DNA of 33,260 bases from Polyangiales bacterium (GTDB lineage: Bacteria; Myxococcota_A; Polyangia; Polyangiales; Polyangiaceae), in assembly GCA_038230375.1 (NCBI GenBank), contig JBBRNJ010000089.1:1-33260 (forward strand). The letters run 5' to 3'. The notes under the pieces were generated by a model. The model did no database searches and was not told the DNA's origin. It worked only from the letters and a program-made list of their open reading frames with translations. The position numbers were made by a program, and so were the translations under genes. This document shows positions 1 through 8,890 of this stretch, in pieces (positions within the stretch are counted from its first letter, which is position 1; each line of letters starts with the position of its first letter).

Positions 1-160
1 ACCGCTGAAAGCATCTAAGCGGGAAGCCGGCCTCAAGACAAGGTATCCCGGACGCAAGTCCCTAAAGGCCCCTTGTAGACTACAAGGTTGATAGGGTGGA
101 GGTGGAAGCGATGTAAGTCGCGGAGCTGACCACTACTAATAGGCCGTGAGGCTTGATCAT
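1..160 (+). rRNA. rrl: 23S rRNA, 3' end (partial)
   Basis: Conserved 23S 3' sequences ACCGCTGAAAGCATCTAAGCGGGAAGC, GTTGATAGG and TACTAATAGGCCGTGAGGCTTGA; followed by 5S. Confidence 0.96.
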
Positions 161-302
161 ATTTCTAAGGCAAACATTGAATTGTCGTGCGCAGGATTCG
201 GGTCGCGAGCCCGATACTGCAGCTCGCAAATTTCGTCAATCTACTGGGGCCAACCCAGAACTGGACGAGGCGCACAAAAAAGCGTCTGTACCGACCCAAA
301 AT

Positions 303-421
<119 letters not shown>

Positions 422-430
422 TATTTCCCC

Positions 431-470
431 AAAGAGCCCGAACGCAGACGCGTTCGGGCTTTTTGCTTTT
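431..470 (+). terminator. Rho-independent terminator of the rRNA operon
   Basis: Stem AGCCCGAACGC/GCGTTCGGGCT with 4-nt loop, followed by TTTTGCTTTT. Confidence 0.88.
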
Positions 471-623
471 GTGTTCTGGGGCCATGCGCGTTGCCTTGGT
501 CGTCGTGCACTCGGGGCCGGAGGCGCGGACGACATCACGTCGCGGGCGCGCCGTGACGCCGCCCGCGGAGCTCGCTTCTCCGCCAGCGGTATCTGCTGCG
601 CCCGCGGCATCTGCTAGACCGAT

Positions 624-1073
624 GTGGTGGATGAAGACCTTGACGTGATCGCTACCAAGCGGGTTGCCAACCGGGCGATGGTTTCGTCGGTGCTCGCGTT
701 CTTTGGTGTCTTTGGCGCCTACGCGTCATCGTTCGTGCTCTCGCCAATTGTGTCGGCGATCTTCGTTCTCATCGTTCTCGGAGTTGCGATCTCCTCCATC
801 CGCACCCTCCTGCATCCCGACGCCGCGTATGTCATGGGAGGCATCCGCTGGCTGGGCATCGGACTATGCGGGGTAGCGTGCCTGACCAGCGCGCTCACGA
901 TGGTCGGCTTGGCCATCCGCCTGCTCCAGGCGGGCCACCAGCTGACCTCGCGCCTCAGAACATCAGGCCATCGCCCACGTAGATCCCGACCGGGAACCCG
1001 GCGTTCGTGGCCGCGGCATCGGGCGAGTAGGCTGCCTCGATCCGGAAGATCGCCGCTTCACCCCATTGCATGA
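624..1073 (+). CDS. Small hypothetical membrane protein (about 3 TM); last ~40 aa overlap the convergent gene
   Basis: Three hydrophobic stretches in the first ~102 aa; tail is Arg-rich and looks non-coding. Confidence 0.55.
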   Translation: MVDEDLDVIATKRVANRAMVSSVLAFFGVFGAYASSFVLSPIVSAIFVLIVLGVAISSIRTLLHPDAAYVMGGIRWLGIGLCGVACLTSALTMVGLAIRLLQAGHQLTSRLRTSGHRPRRSRPGTRRSWPRHRASRLPRSGRSPLHPIA

Positions 1074-2322
1074 AGACGCCCGCGCCGATGCCGTACTTGA
1101 GCCCCAGCTTGGTACCGTCCGCGACGGGATCTTGCTTGAAGTCCTTCCACACGCGGCCTGCATCGAAGAAGGTCGTGGCGCCGGCACGCAGCCGCTGACC
1201 CAGGAAGCGGAAGCGCGGACCAATGGCGCGGACCTCCGTGTTCGAGAGCGCCTTCGCCTTGCCGCCGTAGCGACCGTCGGGAACGCCGCGGACGCCGTTC
1301 TCGCCGCCGAAGAGGTTCTGAAGCTCGAAGGCTCCGCCCTCCTGCATGTCGTAGTACGGCACGTCCCCGAACTGGAGTGATGTGACGAAGCGGCTCGCGA
1401 AGATGAACGGGCCCCAGAGCGGCACGTAGTGGGCGAGCACCATCGACGTGTGGACGTACCGAGCGTCCTCGGCCGAGCCTATCGTCCCGCCGATGCCCAG
1501 CTGGTAGAACACGCCCTGCTTCGTGATGAACTCCGTGTCGCGCGTGTCGTACATGGGACCGACCGTGAGCGTGCTCAGGAATGTGGGGCGCGCGCCGATC
1601 ACGCCCACGCCGCCGGGGCTCGTGTCGTCATTCAGCTTGGAGCCGCTGTCGATCTCGGGGCTCACGTACCGCAAATTCAAGCCGATCCCGACATCGATCG
1701 GGGTGCCCGTATGCACACGCGCGATGGTCCGCAAGCGCCCTTCCTGGTGCGTGTACTGGTAACGGCGCCCCGGCTCGGTCTGTCCGACTGGATTGTCCGC
1801 GCTCGTTTTGTTGCCGATGCCAAAGTACCCCGCGTTGATCGTGCGGAGGAAGTTGCCGCGCGCGTCGACGCGAAGACGGTCGTGCCAGAGGTCTGGTGCG
1901 TCCAGGCGGAGCACATGCTGCTGCTGCACCAGACGGAACCCGTTCGAGTCGCTCTTCATGCTTGCAGAGGCGACCGCGTCGATGTTCCAGAGGTACGGCT
2001 TCACCTCGTCCTTGAAACGCGTGAACGTCGCCGCGGCACCGAACTGCACGCCGATGTCCGTATTTCCACCGATGATCGGGAAGCCTGCGACCTCGAGGCG
2101 CTGCTTGTCGAGCTCCTCGATTTTTTCGGTCAACACCTTGCCGGGACCCTCGTCCAGGTTGCTGGCGACGGCGACACGGATCACGCGGCGGCCCTCCTGC
2201 GCAGACTGCGCGGCGGGCCCGCCGCCCCCGTCGTTCGTGGCGCGCTCCTCGGCACATACGCGTGGCGCGACGAGCGACGTGCTCGCGAACGCAAGCACGA
2301 AAGCGACGGTGCAGGTTCTCAT
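955..2322 (-). CDS. BamA/TamA (Omp85) family outer-membrane beta-barrel without evident POTRA domains
   Basis: Signal peptide MRTCTVAFVLAFASTSLVAPRVCA; YDTRD, GVRGVPDGRY (loop 6 VRG motif), FFDAGRVW; C-terminal Phe; ATG at 2322 overlaps the upstream stop (ATGA). Confidence 0.82.
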   Translation of the reverse strand: MRTCTVAFVLAFASTSLVAPRVCAEERATNDGGGGPAAQSAQEGRRVIRVAVASNLDEGPGKVLTEKIEELDKQRLEVAGFPIIGGNTDIGVQFGAAATFTRFKDEVKPYLWNIDAVASASMKSDSNGFRLVQQQHVLRLDAPDLWHDRLRVDARGNFLRTINAGYFGIGNKTSADNPVGQTEPGRRYQYTHQEGRLRTIARVHTGTPIDVGIGLNLRYVSPEIDSGSKLNDDTSPGGVGVIGARPTFLSTLTVGPMYDTRDTEFITKQGVFYQLGIGGTIGSAEDARYVHTSMVLAHYVPLWGPFIFASRFVTSLQFGDVPYYDMQEGGAFELQNLFGGENGVRGVPDGRYGGKAKALSNTEVRAIGPRFRFLGQRLRAGATTFFDAGRVWKDFKQDPVADGTKLGLKYGIGAGVFMQWGEAAIFRIEAAYSPDAAATNAGFPVGIYVGDGLMF

Positions 2323-3311
2323 GCGCCCGCGGGCCGTTCCTTCCGCTTGGCCACGATGGTGGCGATACCAAGGCAAGTGACCGCGAGGGCGATCTGCGCA
2401 ATGCGCGTGAGCAGCGCGATGCCGAGCGCGCGCGCGGGATCTGCGTCGAAACCGAGCGAGTGCGCGAACGCGCGATACGCGCCCTCCGTGACGCCGATCT
2501 GGTTCGGCACAAGGTCACCCGCCGCCGCCCCGACAAGATGAATGCCCTGCGCCGAGAGCGCGAAATGAAGCGTGGCGGCGCCACCCACAGATCTCACAGC
2601 GACTCCGTACTGCACCGTCTGCACGAGCCGAGCAATGCTGCAGAACCCCACGGCGCGTGCAGCGCCGCCCGGTGGCGCGGGCAGTTCGTCCGTGATGGTG
2701 TGAGCCTCCACGAACCCCTTGAAGCGCTGCCCAAGCCACGCCGCGAATCGTTTGCTCCGTACGAGCGCCAGGAGCAAACTTGCGAGCAACGTGCACGCAA
2801 CCGCGTTCACCGCGACCGCGATCGTGAGCGGGCCCCCGCCTTCGCCGGTGGCGAACAGGTCCACCAGGATCACGATCGAGATGACGGCGTTCGCATAGAG
2901 ATTTCCTATTTGCAGCCTCGAGGCCGCGCCCGTGGCCCGCGGCACACCGAGCTCTGGTGCCAGCGCACGCACCCGCATCGCCTCGCCAACGGCACGGCCC
3001 GCCGGCAGCAGTACCGAGGACGTGTACGCGATCGCGCTGGACCGGATCCACACGGACGTGGCGACACGAGACGCAGCCGGCCCCAGGAGTGACCTGAGCG
3101 CCAGCACGTCAATCACGACGATCACGATCTCCAGAAGAAAGATGAGCGGGACGTACCCCTTGGCGTCGCTCAGCACGGTGCCCACGCGCTCCAGCCCGAC
3201 GCCACGGATCAGCCACGCCGCGAGCCCGATGCCCAGGACGAACAACAGCAGGCGACCGGCGCGCGCGAGCGGTCCGCTCTTCTTCGGCTCGGCCCGCTCG
3301 TTCTCGCTCAC
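2319..3311 (-). CDS. Lysylphosphatidylglycerol synthase TM-domain / flippase-like membrane protein (UPF0104/YbhN-like)
   Basis: About 8 TM helices; LLPAGRAVGEAMRV and PNQIGVTEGA motifs typical of LPG_synthase_TM; GTG start 19 bp after the DegT stop. Confidence 0.78.
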   Translation of the reverse strand: MSENERAEPKKSGPLARAGRLLLFVLGIGLAAWLIRGVGLERVGTVLSDAKGYVPLIFLLEIVIVVIDVLALRSLLGPAASRVATSVWIRSSAIAYTSSVLLPAGRAVGEAMRVRALAPELGVPRATGAASRLQIGNLYANAVISIVILVDLFATGEGGGPLTIAVAVNAVACTLLASLLLALVRSKRFAAWLGQRFKGFVEAHTITDELPAPPGGAARAVGFCSIARLVQTVQYGVAVRSVGGAATLHFALSAQGIHLVGAAAGDLVPNQIGVTEGAYRAFAHSLGFDADPARALGIALLTRIAQIALAVTCLGIATIVAKRKERPAGA

Positions 3312-3330
3312 GCCATGGACTCTCGCGACG

Positions 3331-4707
3331 CTACGCGCGAGCCTCGCCGGAGCCGTTGGAGCCGTTGGAGCTGGATGCTGCGCGAACCGCAGATTGAGCG
3401 AGCTCGGCTCGCGCCTCCCACACCCGCGCGAATGCATTCGCGTACGCGTGTACGACGGACGCGGGTTGCGCGATCAGCGGACACGACTGCGAGAACAGGA
3501 GCAGCGAGCCGTCCAGCAGGCGCTGCGTACGCTGGAAGCGGGAGACCGCGTAGAGCGAGCCGAAGTCGGTCTCGCGATCGAGCGACCACGGGAACCCCCC
3601 GCCGAAGCCTTCGCGCGTGATGAACGTGGGCTGCGCCGGCAGCGGTGCCCCTTGCCAGAGCACGATCTCGAGCCCCTCGGCGCGAAGCGCCTTGATCATG
3701 AGATCACGCAGCGTCTTGGGCGCAATGTCCAGCCCCGCGGCCTTCGGGTCGAGGCGCACACGGTATTTGTGATGGACCGACGTTGCACCCTTCGGTGTGG
3801 GCTGCGGAAGCACGCCCGGAAGCTTCGCGAGCTCCTTCGAGAGCCACTCGGCGTTCTCCTGACAGAGGCGCGTGAGCTCCGGGAGCTTCTCCAGCGCGGT
3901 GCGCGCGAACGCGGCGCCGAGCTCGTTGCCGCGATACATCCAGCCAATGCGACTGGAGTCCATGCCGCGCAGCGCATCAAGCGGGCGATCACCATCGAAC
4001 GCCGCGCGATCCGAGAGCGCCACGTTCTGACCAAAGTTGCGGAGGCGGTTCGCCTCTTCGGCGATCGCGTCGTCGTTGGTGACGAACACGCCGCCTTCGC
4101 CTGCACCCAGGTTCTTGCTGGACTGAAGCGAGAAGCCACCGGCCTTGCCGAGCGGGCCCACCGGTTTTCCATTCCACATGGCGCCGTGCGCCTGCGCCGC
4201 GTCCTCGATCACCATGATGCCGCGACGCGCGCAGACGTCGAAGAGCGCGCCGAGATCCGCGGAGCAGCCATGGACGTGCACGGGCATCACTGCCCGCGTC
4301 TTCGTTGTGATCAGCGACTCGACCTCTTTGGGATCGATGAGGCCCGTGGCTTCATCGACATCCGCGAAGATCGGAATGCCACCGGCGTGAAGAACGGCCA
4401 GCGGCGTAGCGACGAAGCTGTACGCGGGGACGATGACATGGTCCCCCGCGGAGATGCCTGCGGCGGCAAGCGCCAGGTGCAGCGCGGAGGTCCCCGAATG
4501 CGTGAGCAGCGCGTGCTTCGCGCCTACGTAGTCCGCGAACTCTTCCTCGAACGCGACGCTCTCGGGCGCGTTCGAGCCGGACAATACACCGCGATCGAGC
4601 ACACGAAGAATGGCCCGACGTTGCTCTTCCGAGACGTCGGGCCACTTTTTGTGAGCATCCTTCGCGAGCGTCGGCTTGCCACCGAAGAGCGCGATGGGCT
4701 CGGCCAT
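3331..4707 (-). CDS. DegT/DnrJ/EryC1/StrS PLP-dependent aminotransferase (StsC/BtrR/RifK-like N-terminus)
   Basis: SGTSALHLAL, VIVPAYSFVAT, PVHVHG, IEDAAQAHGA, FSLQSSKNLGAGEGG (PLP Lys). Confidence 0.93.
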   Translation of the reverse strand: MAEPIALFGGKPTLAKDAHKKWPDVSEEQRRAILRVLDRGVLSGSNAPESVAFEEEFADYVGAKHALLTHSGTSALHLALAAAGISAGDHVIVPAYSFVATPLAVLHAGGIPIFADVDEATGLIDPKEVESLITTKTRAVMPVHVHGCSADLGALFDVCARRGIMVIEDAAQAHGAMWNGKPVGPLGKAGGFSLQSSKNLGAGEGGVFVTNDDAIAEEANRLRNFGQNVALSDRAAFDGDRPLDALRGMDSSRIGWMYRGNELGAAFARTALEKLPELTRLCQENAEWLSKELAKLPGVLPQPTPKGATSVHHKYRVRLDPKAAGLDIAPKTLRDLMIKALRAEGLEIVLWQGAPLPAQPTFITREGFGGGFPWSLDRETDFGSLYAVSRFQRTQRLLDGSLLLFSQSCPLIAQPASVVHAYANAFARVWEARAELAQSAVRAASSSNGSNGSGEARA

Positions 4708-5993
4708 CAGCGCGAGTCCAGGGTCTTCGGGCTAGCGGGACCGGCCTCGTGCTTGTGGCCGTTGGCGGTCGCGCCGCCCTTGGCCTTCAGCGCCGCGGAC
4801 TTCTCGCGAGCCCACTTCAGGAGGAGCTCCTCCTGCTTGAAGAGATCGTGCACCGGCTGCTCGCCTTCGGCCGCGTAGGGCGACTTGAAGAAGATCGAGA
4901 GCTGACGCTGGATGCCGTACTCACCGACGCGCTTGGACACGTCAAGGAGGCGGACAAGGTCGAGGACGAGCGGCGCCGCGAGGGCCGAGTCCTGGCAGAG
5001 GAAGTTCACCTTGATCTGCATCGGCACGCCGGCGAATCCGAGGATGTCGATGTTGTCCCAGGCCTCTTTCGAGTCGCCGCGGGGCTTGTAGTAGTGGATG
5101 TGAACCTGGTGATTCTCGACGTGGTAGCCGACGATCGAGTCGAGCACCGAGGCCTTGGAGAGCACCTTGGTCTTGTTCGAGCCGGGGTTGTCCAGGACGA
5201 GGCCGTCGTTGTTGCCAAGGAAGTTGGTGGAGTACCAGCCCTCGAGGTGGAGGCGACGAACGCGGAGCATCGGCGCGAGCGCCGTCTTCAGCAGCGTCTG
5301 GCCCGTCTTGCCGTCCATGCCGGCGTACGGGTTCTTGTTCTTGGTCGCGTGATCCTGGAGAGCCGGGATGTTGGTGAGGCTCGGCGCAAAGTTGCAGTAC
5401 GGGATGCCGAGGCGGTTCGCGACGTAGAAGTAACGCATCGCCGGGGTGATCGACGGGTCGTTCGCGTCGAGCGCCTTCTCGAAGGCCTCGAGCGACTTGT
5501 GCGCCTCGCCAACGGGCAGGTACGACTCGGTCGACGCGAGGTTGACCATGACGACGCGGTCGATGCCGCGGGCCTTCTTCCAGTCCTCGATGTTCTTCGT
5601 GAGGATCTCGATCTCGTCGCGCTGACCCTTCGCCTGGACGATGTTCTCGCCTGCGGCGTTGGCGGCGTAGGCCTTGGAGAAGACGGCCGGCCACGGCTTG
5701 ATCTCCTCGAGCTCGCTCTTCACTTGCTGGAGCACGTCGTTGGCGAGCACCTTGTGGTTCAGCGCGCCCTCGTAGACATTCGCGAACCGGAGATCCCAGC
5801 CTGCAAAGGCGAGCTTCTCGAGCGGAGCGAACTCCATCAAAGCGGTGATGGCGTCCGGGATGTTCGCGTCCGTGCGCTCCGTGATCATGCCGATGCGGGG
5901 CGCAAGGCCACGCGCCATCAGCTTCACACCCGCAATGACGGTGGAGGCGACCGCGCCATTCAACCCGATGATGACAACTCCAAGTTCGCTCAT
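4707..5993 (-). CDS. ino1: myo-inositol-1(3)-phosphate synthase
   Basis: GLNGAVASTVIAG, NLASTE, GMDGKTGQTLLK, STNFLGNNDG, KTKVLSK, GDSKEAWD, CQDSALAAPLVLDL, FFKSP. Confidence 0.95.
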   Translation of the reverse strand: MSELGVVIIGLNGAVASTVIAGVKLMARGLAPRIGMITERTDANIPDAITALMEFAPLEKLAFAGWDLRFANVYEGALNHKVLANDVLQQVKSELEEIKPWPAVFSKAYAANAAGENIVQAKGQRDEIEILTKNIEDWKKARGIDRVVMVNLASTESYLPVGEAHKSLEAFEKALDANDPSITPAMRYFYVANRLGIPYCNFAPSLTNIPALQDHATKNKNPYAGMDGKTGQTLLKTALAPMLRVRRLHLEGWYSTNFLGNNDGLVLDNPGSNKTKVLSKASVLDSIVGYHVENHQVHIHYYKPRGDSKEAWDNIDILGFAGVPMQIKVNFLCQDSALAAPLVLDLVRLLDVSKRVGEYGIQRQLSIFFKSPYAAEGEQPVHDLFKQEELLLKWAREKSAALKAKGGATANGHKHEAGPASPKTLDSR

Positions 5994-6057
5994 GGTGGCA
6001 CTCTTCTTACTGACTATGGCTGTCTGTTGCAGGACGTTACTACTGGGACTTCTCTAT

Positions 6058-6095
6058 CGAGACTACGAGCGAGACTACGAGCGAGACTACGAGCG
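6058..6095. repeat. 12-bp tandem repeat (CGAGACTACGAG) x3 containing the GH3 stop codon
   Basis: Three exact copies at 6058, 6070 and 6082. Confidence 0.9.
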
Positions 6096-7790
6096 TGCGT
6101 ACGCAGCGAGCTTCGCTTTGCGTGCATCGTCGATGATGCGAGGGAACTTGCCCTGGACGTTGCCGCGCGTCACTTCGTCCATGAAGCGGCGTGCGCCACC
6201 TTTCACGAGACAGACGACGCGCGGAGGCATGATCGCGACGTCGCCGATGCGATGCTCGCGGTACACGCGGTTCTCTTGGCAGAGACCCTCGTCGAACGCG
6301 GTGGCGAATGCCTCCATGTTCGCGGGCTCCTGACCTTCGGCGAATTCCACCCAGAGCGCGTAGCGCGATTTTGCGGTTCCGCCAGCGCCAACGTCTCCGG
6401 AGGCACCGAAGTCCACCGTGTGAGAAGGGCACTTCGCAATTGCGTACGCGACTGCGCGCTCGATCTCGACGTGGGTCGTGAGCTCTTGCGTGACCGAGAG
6501 ACAACCCGAAAGACGGCCCGCGAACTCGATACGCAGCGGTGATTTCGACGTGAAGCGCACGATGTCACCGATCTCGTATGCGTAGAGCCCGCTGACGGTG
6601 GTGACAACGATCGAATAGGAACGATCGCACTCGACCTCCCAGAGAGGGACGCGCTTCGGAGAAGGGGAGTCACGGTCCTCGAGGGCGACGAACTCGAAGA
6701 ACGTTCCGCGGTGCGGGAGCATCCGCATGCCGCGCTCGGGCTTTCCTGCGTTGGTCGCGAAGTCGCTCGTGGCGTAGATGCCGCCTTCGGTCGCGTTGTA
6801 GCTGTCGACGAGCGTGATGTCGTTGCGGCCGACAAGGCTGCGGATGATCGGCATATACGGATCGGCCGAGACGCCGCCGCCGAGGAGCACGCGGAGGTTC
6901 GGCCACACATCGCGCACATGGCGGATGCCCGGGTCGCGCTTCCGTGCGGCCGCGATGACCTTCTCGAAGAGCAGCGTGAACCAGCACGTGGTGCCGGCGA
7001 CCGCGCGCACATCCCAGTCAAGGTAGCGCTCTGCGATCTTGTCGAGCTTCTCTTCGTAGCTCGAGATGACCTTGATGTCGTCCTCGGGCAGGTACACCGG
7101 CCGCGTGAACGCGGGGATCTTCGTGACCATCAGCGCCGGGTTCGACGTGATGAGGACGGGCCCCTCTTCGCGCATCGTGGTGGGCGGGAAGAGGCCCAGC
7201 GTGAAGCCGCGGATGAACTGATCGTCGTTCGAATGCGCGAGCCAGCGCATGAGCGTGTCCGCGCCGGCGCGTCGCTGGTGGCCGACCTGGCGCTCCGTGA
7301 TCGGCAGGAACTTTTGACGGCCCGCCTGCGAGCTGCCCGACGAGTTGCCGAAGTAGCGCACGAACTCCGGCACAATGAGGTTCTTCTCGCCCTTGCGCAT
7401 GCGCTCGATGAACGGAGAGAACGTGTCGTAGTTGTTCACCGGAACATGCGTCTGGAATTGCGCGTAGCTCTTCACGCCCGCGAAGTCCTGGCGACGGCCA
7501 TACTCCGTGTTGCGTGCGTGGCGCGTGATCTCGAGGAGGGTGTTCTCCTGGACCTCACGGACGTTTTCGAGAGCGCGGTCCCAGCGGCCGACCGACATCC
7601 TCGCCGCCGCGAGCAGGCCCTTGCCGAGCAGCGCGGGATAGGGGGAGGGCTTCAAGATGCGTGGCGCCCGCGGCGTGTAGCTGCGCGGGGCGACTGCCTC
7701 CAGGCGGGGGCTGGTCGTGGACACGGATGGGGTGGTGCTGGTCGACTCCGGCGCGAAATCGCCGGCCTCGCCCCCGATATCCATGGTCAT
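6087..7790 (-). CDS. GH3 family acyl-acid amido synthetase (adenylate-forming)
   Basis: GH3 motifs SSGSSQAGRQKFLP, YNATEG and GLYAYEIGDIVRF; C-terminal QGKFPRI. Confidence 0.9.
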   Translation of the reverse strand: MTMDIGGEAGDFAPESTSTTPSVSTTSPRLEAVAPRSYTPRAPRILKPSPYPALLGKGLLAAARMSVGRWDRALENVREVQENTLLEITRHARNTEYGRRQDFAGVKSYAQFQTHVPVNNYDTFSPFIERMRKGEKNLIVPEFVRYFGNSSGSSQAGRQKFLPITERQVGHQRRAGADTLMRWLAHSNDDQFIRGFTLGLFPPTTMREEGPVLITSNPALMVTKIPAFTRPVYLPEDDIKVISSYEEKLDKIAERYLDWDVRAVAGTTCWFTLLFEKVIAAARKRDPGIRHVRDVWPNLRVLLGGGVSADPYMPIIRSLVGRNDITLVDSYNATEGGIYATSDFATNAGKPERGMRMLPHRGTFFEFVALEDRDSPSPKRVPLWEVECDRSYSIVVTTVSGLYAYEIGDIVRFTSKSPLRIEFAGRLSGCLSVTQELTTHVEIERAVAYAIAKCPSHTVDFGASGDVGAGGTAKSRYALWVEFAEGQEPANMEAFATAFDEGLCQENRVYREHRIGDVAIMPPRVVCLVKGGARRFMDEVTRGNVQGKFPRIIDDARKAKLAAYARS

Positions 7791-8125
7791 CGCGTGTTCC
7801 CCCGGTCCATGCTCGCGGACATCACCGGCGACGCGCAGGAAGTCGCGATGAGGGCGACTTCGTGGCGAACGGCGACGTGGGTGAAACTACCGAGCATGAC
7901 TACTCCTCGGGTGAGCGCGGTCCGCGCCACCGGAAGCGAGCGCTTACCGCGAAATGTTCAATACGACAATGCCGCAGGTCGCGATTGGCAACGATTTTTC
8001 GCGGAACCGGCCATTGCATAGCTGGGAAAATGAGCCTGATCACGCGTCCAGGTCGACCGGGGTCCAGGTCGATTGTGTCCAGTTCTCGGCGCTTTACTGA
8101 GCAACACGTTGAACCACTCGACCTC

Positions 8126-8806
8126 ATGAGCACCCAAGGGGTGGTGCGAGCCTCCCCAAGACGCGCTAAGCCTCTCGTCGCCTTGAGACGCTCCCTCCCT
8201 CTGGCCCTGCTCCTTGTCCTGCCTGTGGCCTGCTGGGCCACCATGGCGAGCGCCCAGCCACAGGAGCCTGGTGCCCCACCGTCGGCCCCATCTGCCTCCC
8301 CAGCGCCCCCTCCGCCGCCCGCGCCTGCGCCCACGCCGCCTCCCCAGGAGTTCGAGCCCGACCCGGCCAGCCGCAAAACGCCTCACTGGTATGGCTGGCA
8401 GCCGATGATCTTCGACGCGGCCGCCGGTCTGCAGGCGGTGCTGGCATACACGCTGGACCAGGGCGGGCTCTATGCAACTGCAGCCGTGACGTATTTCGTC
8501 GGCCCCGTCAGCGTGCACCTCTATCACGGGCGCGTCGGCAACGTGGTGGTGGGCGCCGGCTCGCGCATCGCCGGACCCGGTCTTGGCGCCGTCACAGGCT
8601 ATCTGATCGACAAGGCGGGCTCGGGCGGGCGCTCCAACGGCAACACTGGCTCCTCGGTGGGCGTGGGGATCGGGTGCCTGGTGGCCGCGATCGTCGACGA
8701 CGCCATCAACTCCCACGAGATGCTTCAGTTCTGGGAGGTGGGGCTCACCGTCTCACCCACGATCACGCGTGAGAGCCGCGGTTTATCGCTCAGCGGCAGC
8801 TTCTAG
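8126..8806 (+). CDS. Hypothetical exported/envelope protein with Pro-rich linker
   Basis: Signal-like segment, poly-Pro linker, HWYGWQ motif, Gly-rich helices, C-terminal strand GLSLSGSF. Confidence 0.7.
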   Translation: MSTQGVVRASPRRAKPLVALRRSLPLALLLVLPVACWATMASAQPQEPGAPPSAPSASPAPPPPPAPAPTPPPQEFEPDPASRKTPHWYGWQPMIFDAAAGLQAVLAYTLDQGGLYATAAVTYFVGPVSVHLYHGRVGNVVVGAGSRIAGPGLGAVTGYLIDKAGSGGRSNGNTGSSVGVGIGCLVAAIVDDAINSHEMLQFWEVGLTVSPTITRESRGLSLSGSF

Positions 8807-8890
8807 CAAGCGTCGTCCCGACATTGGGACAGCTCGTGCTGGCCGGGAAGAAGCACTTTTGCAGGTTACGCGTTAACATCCCGACGACCC

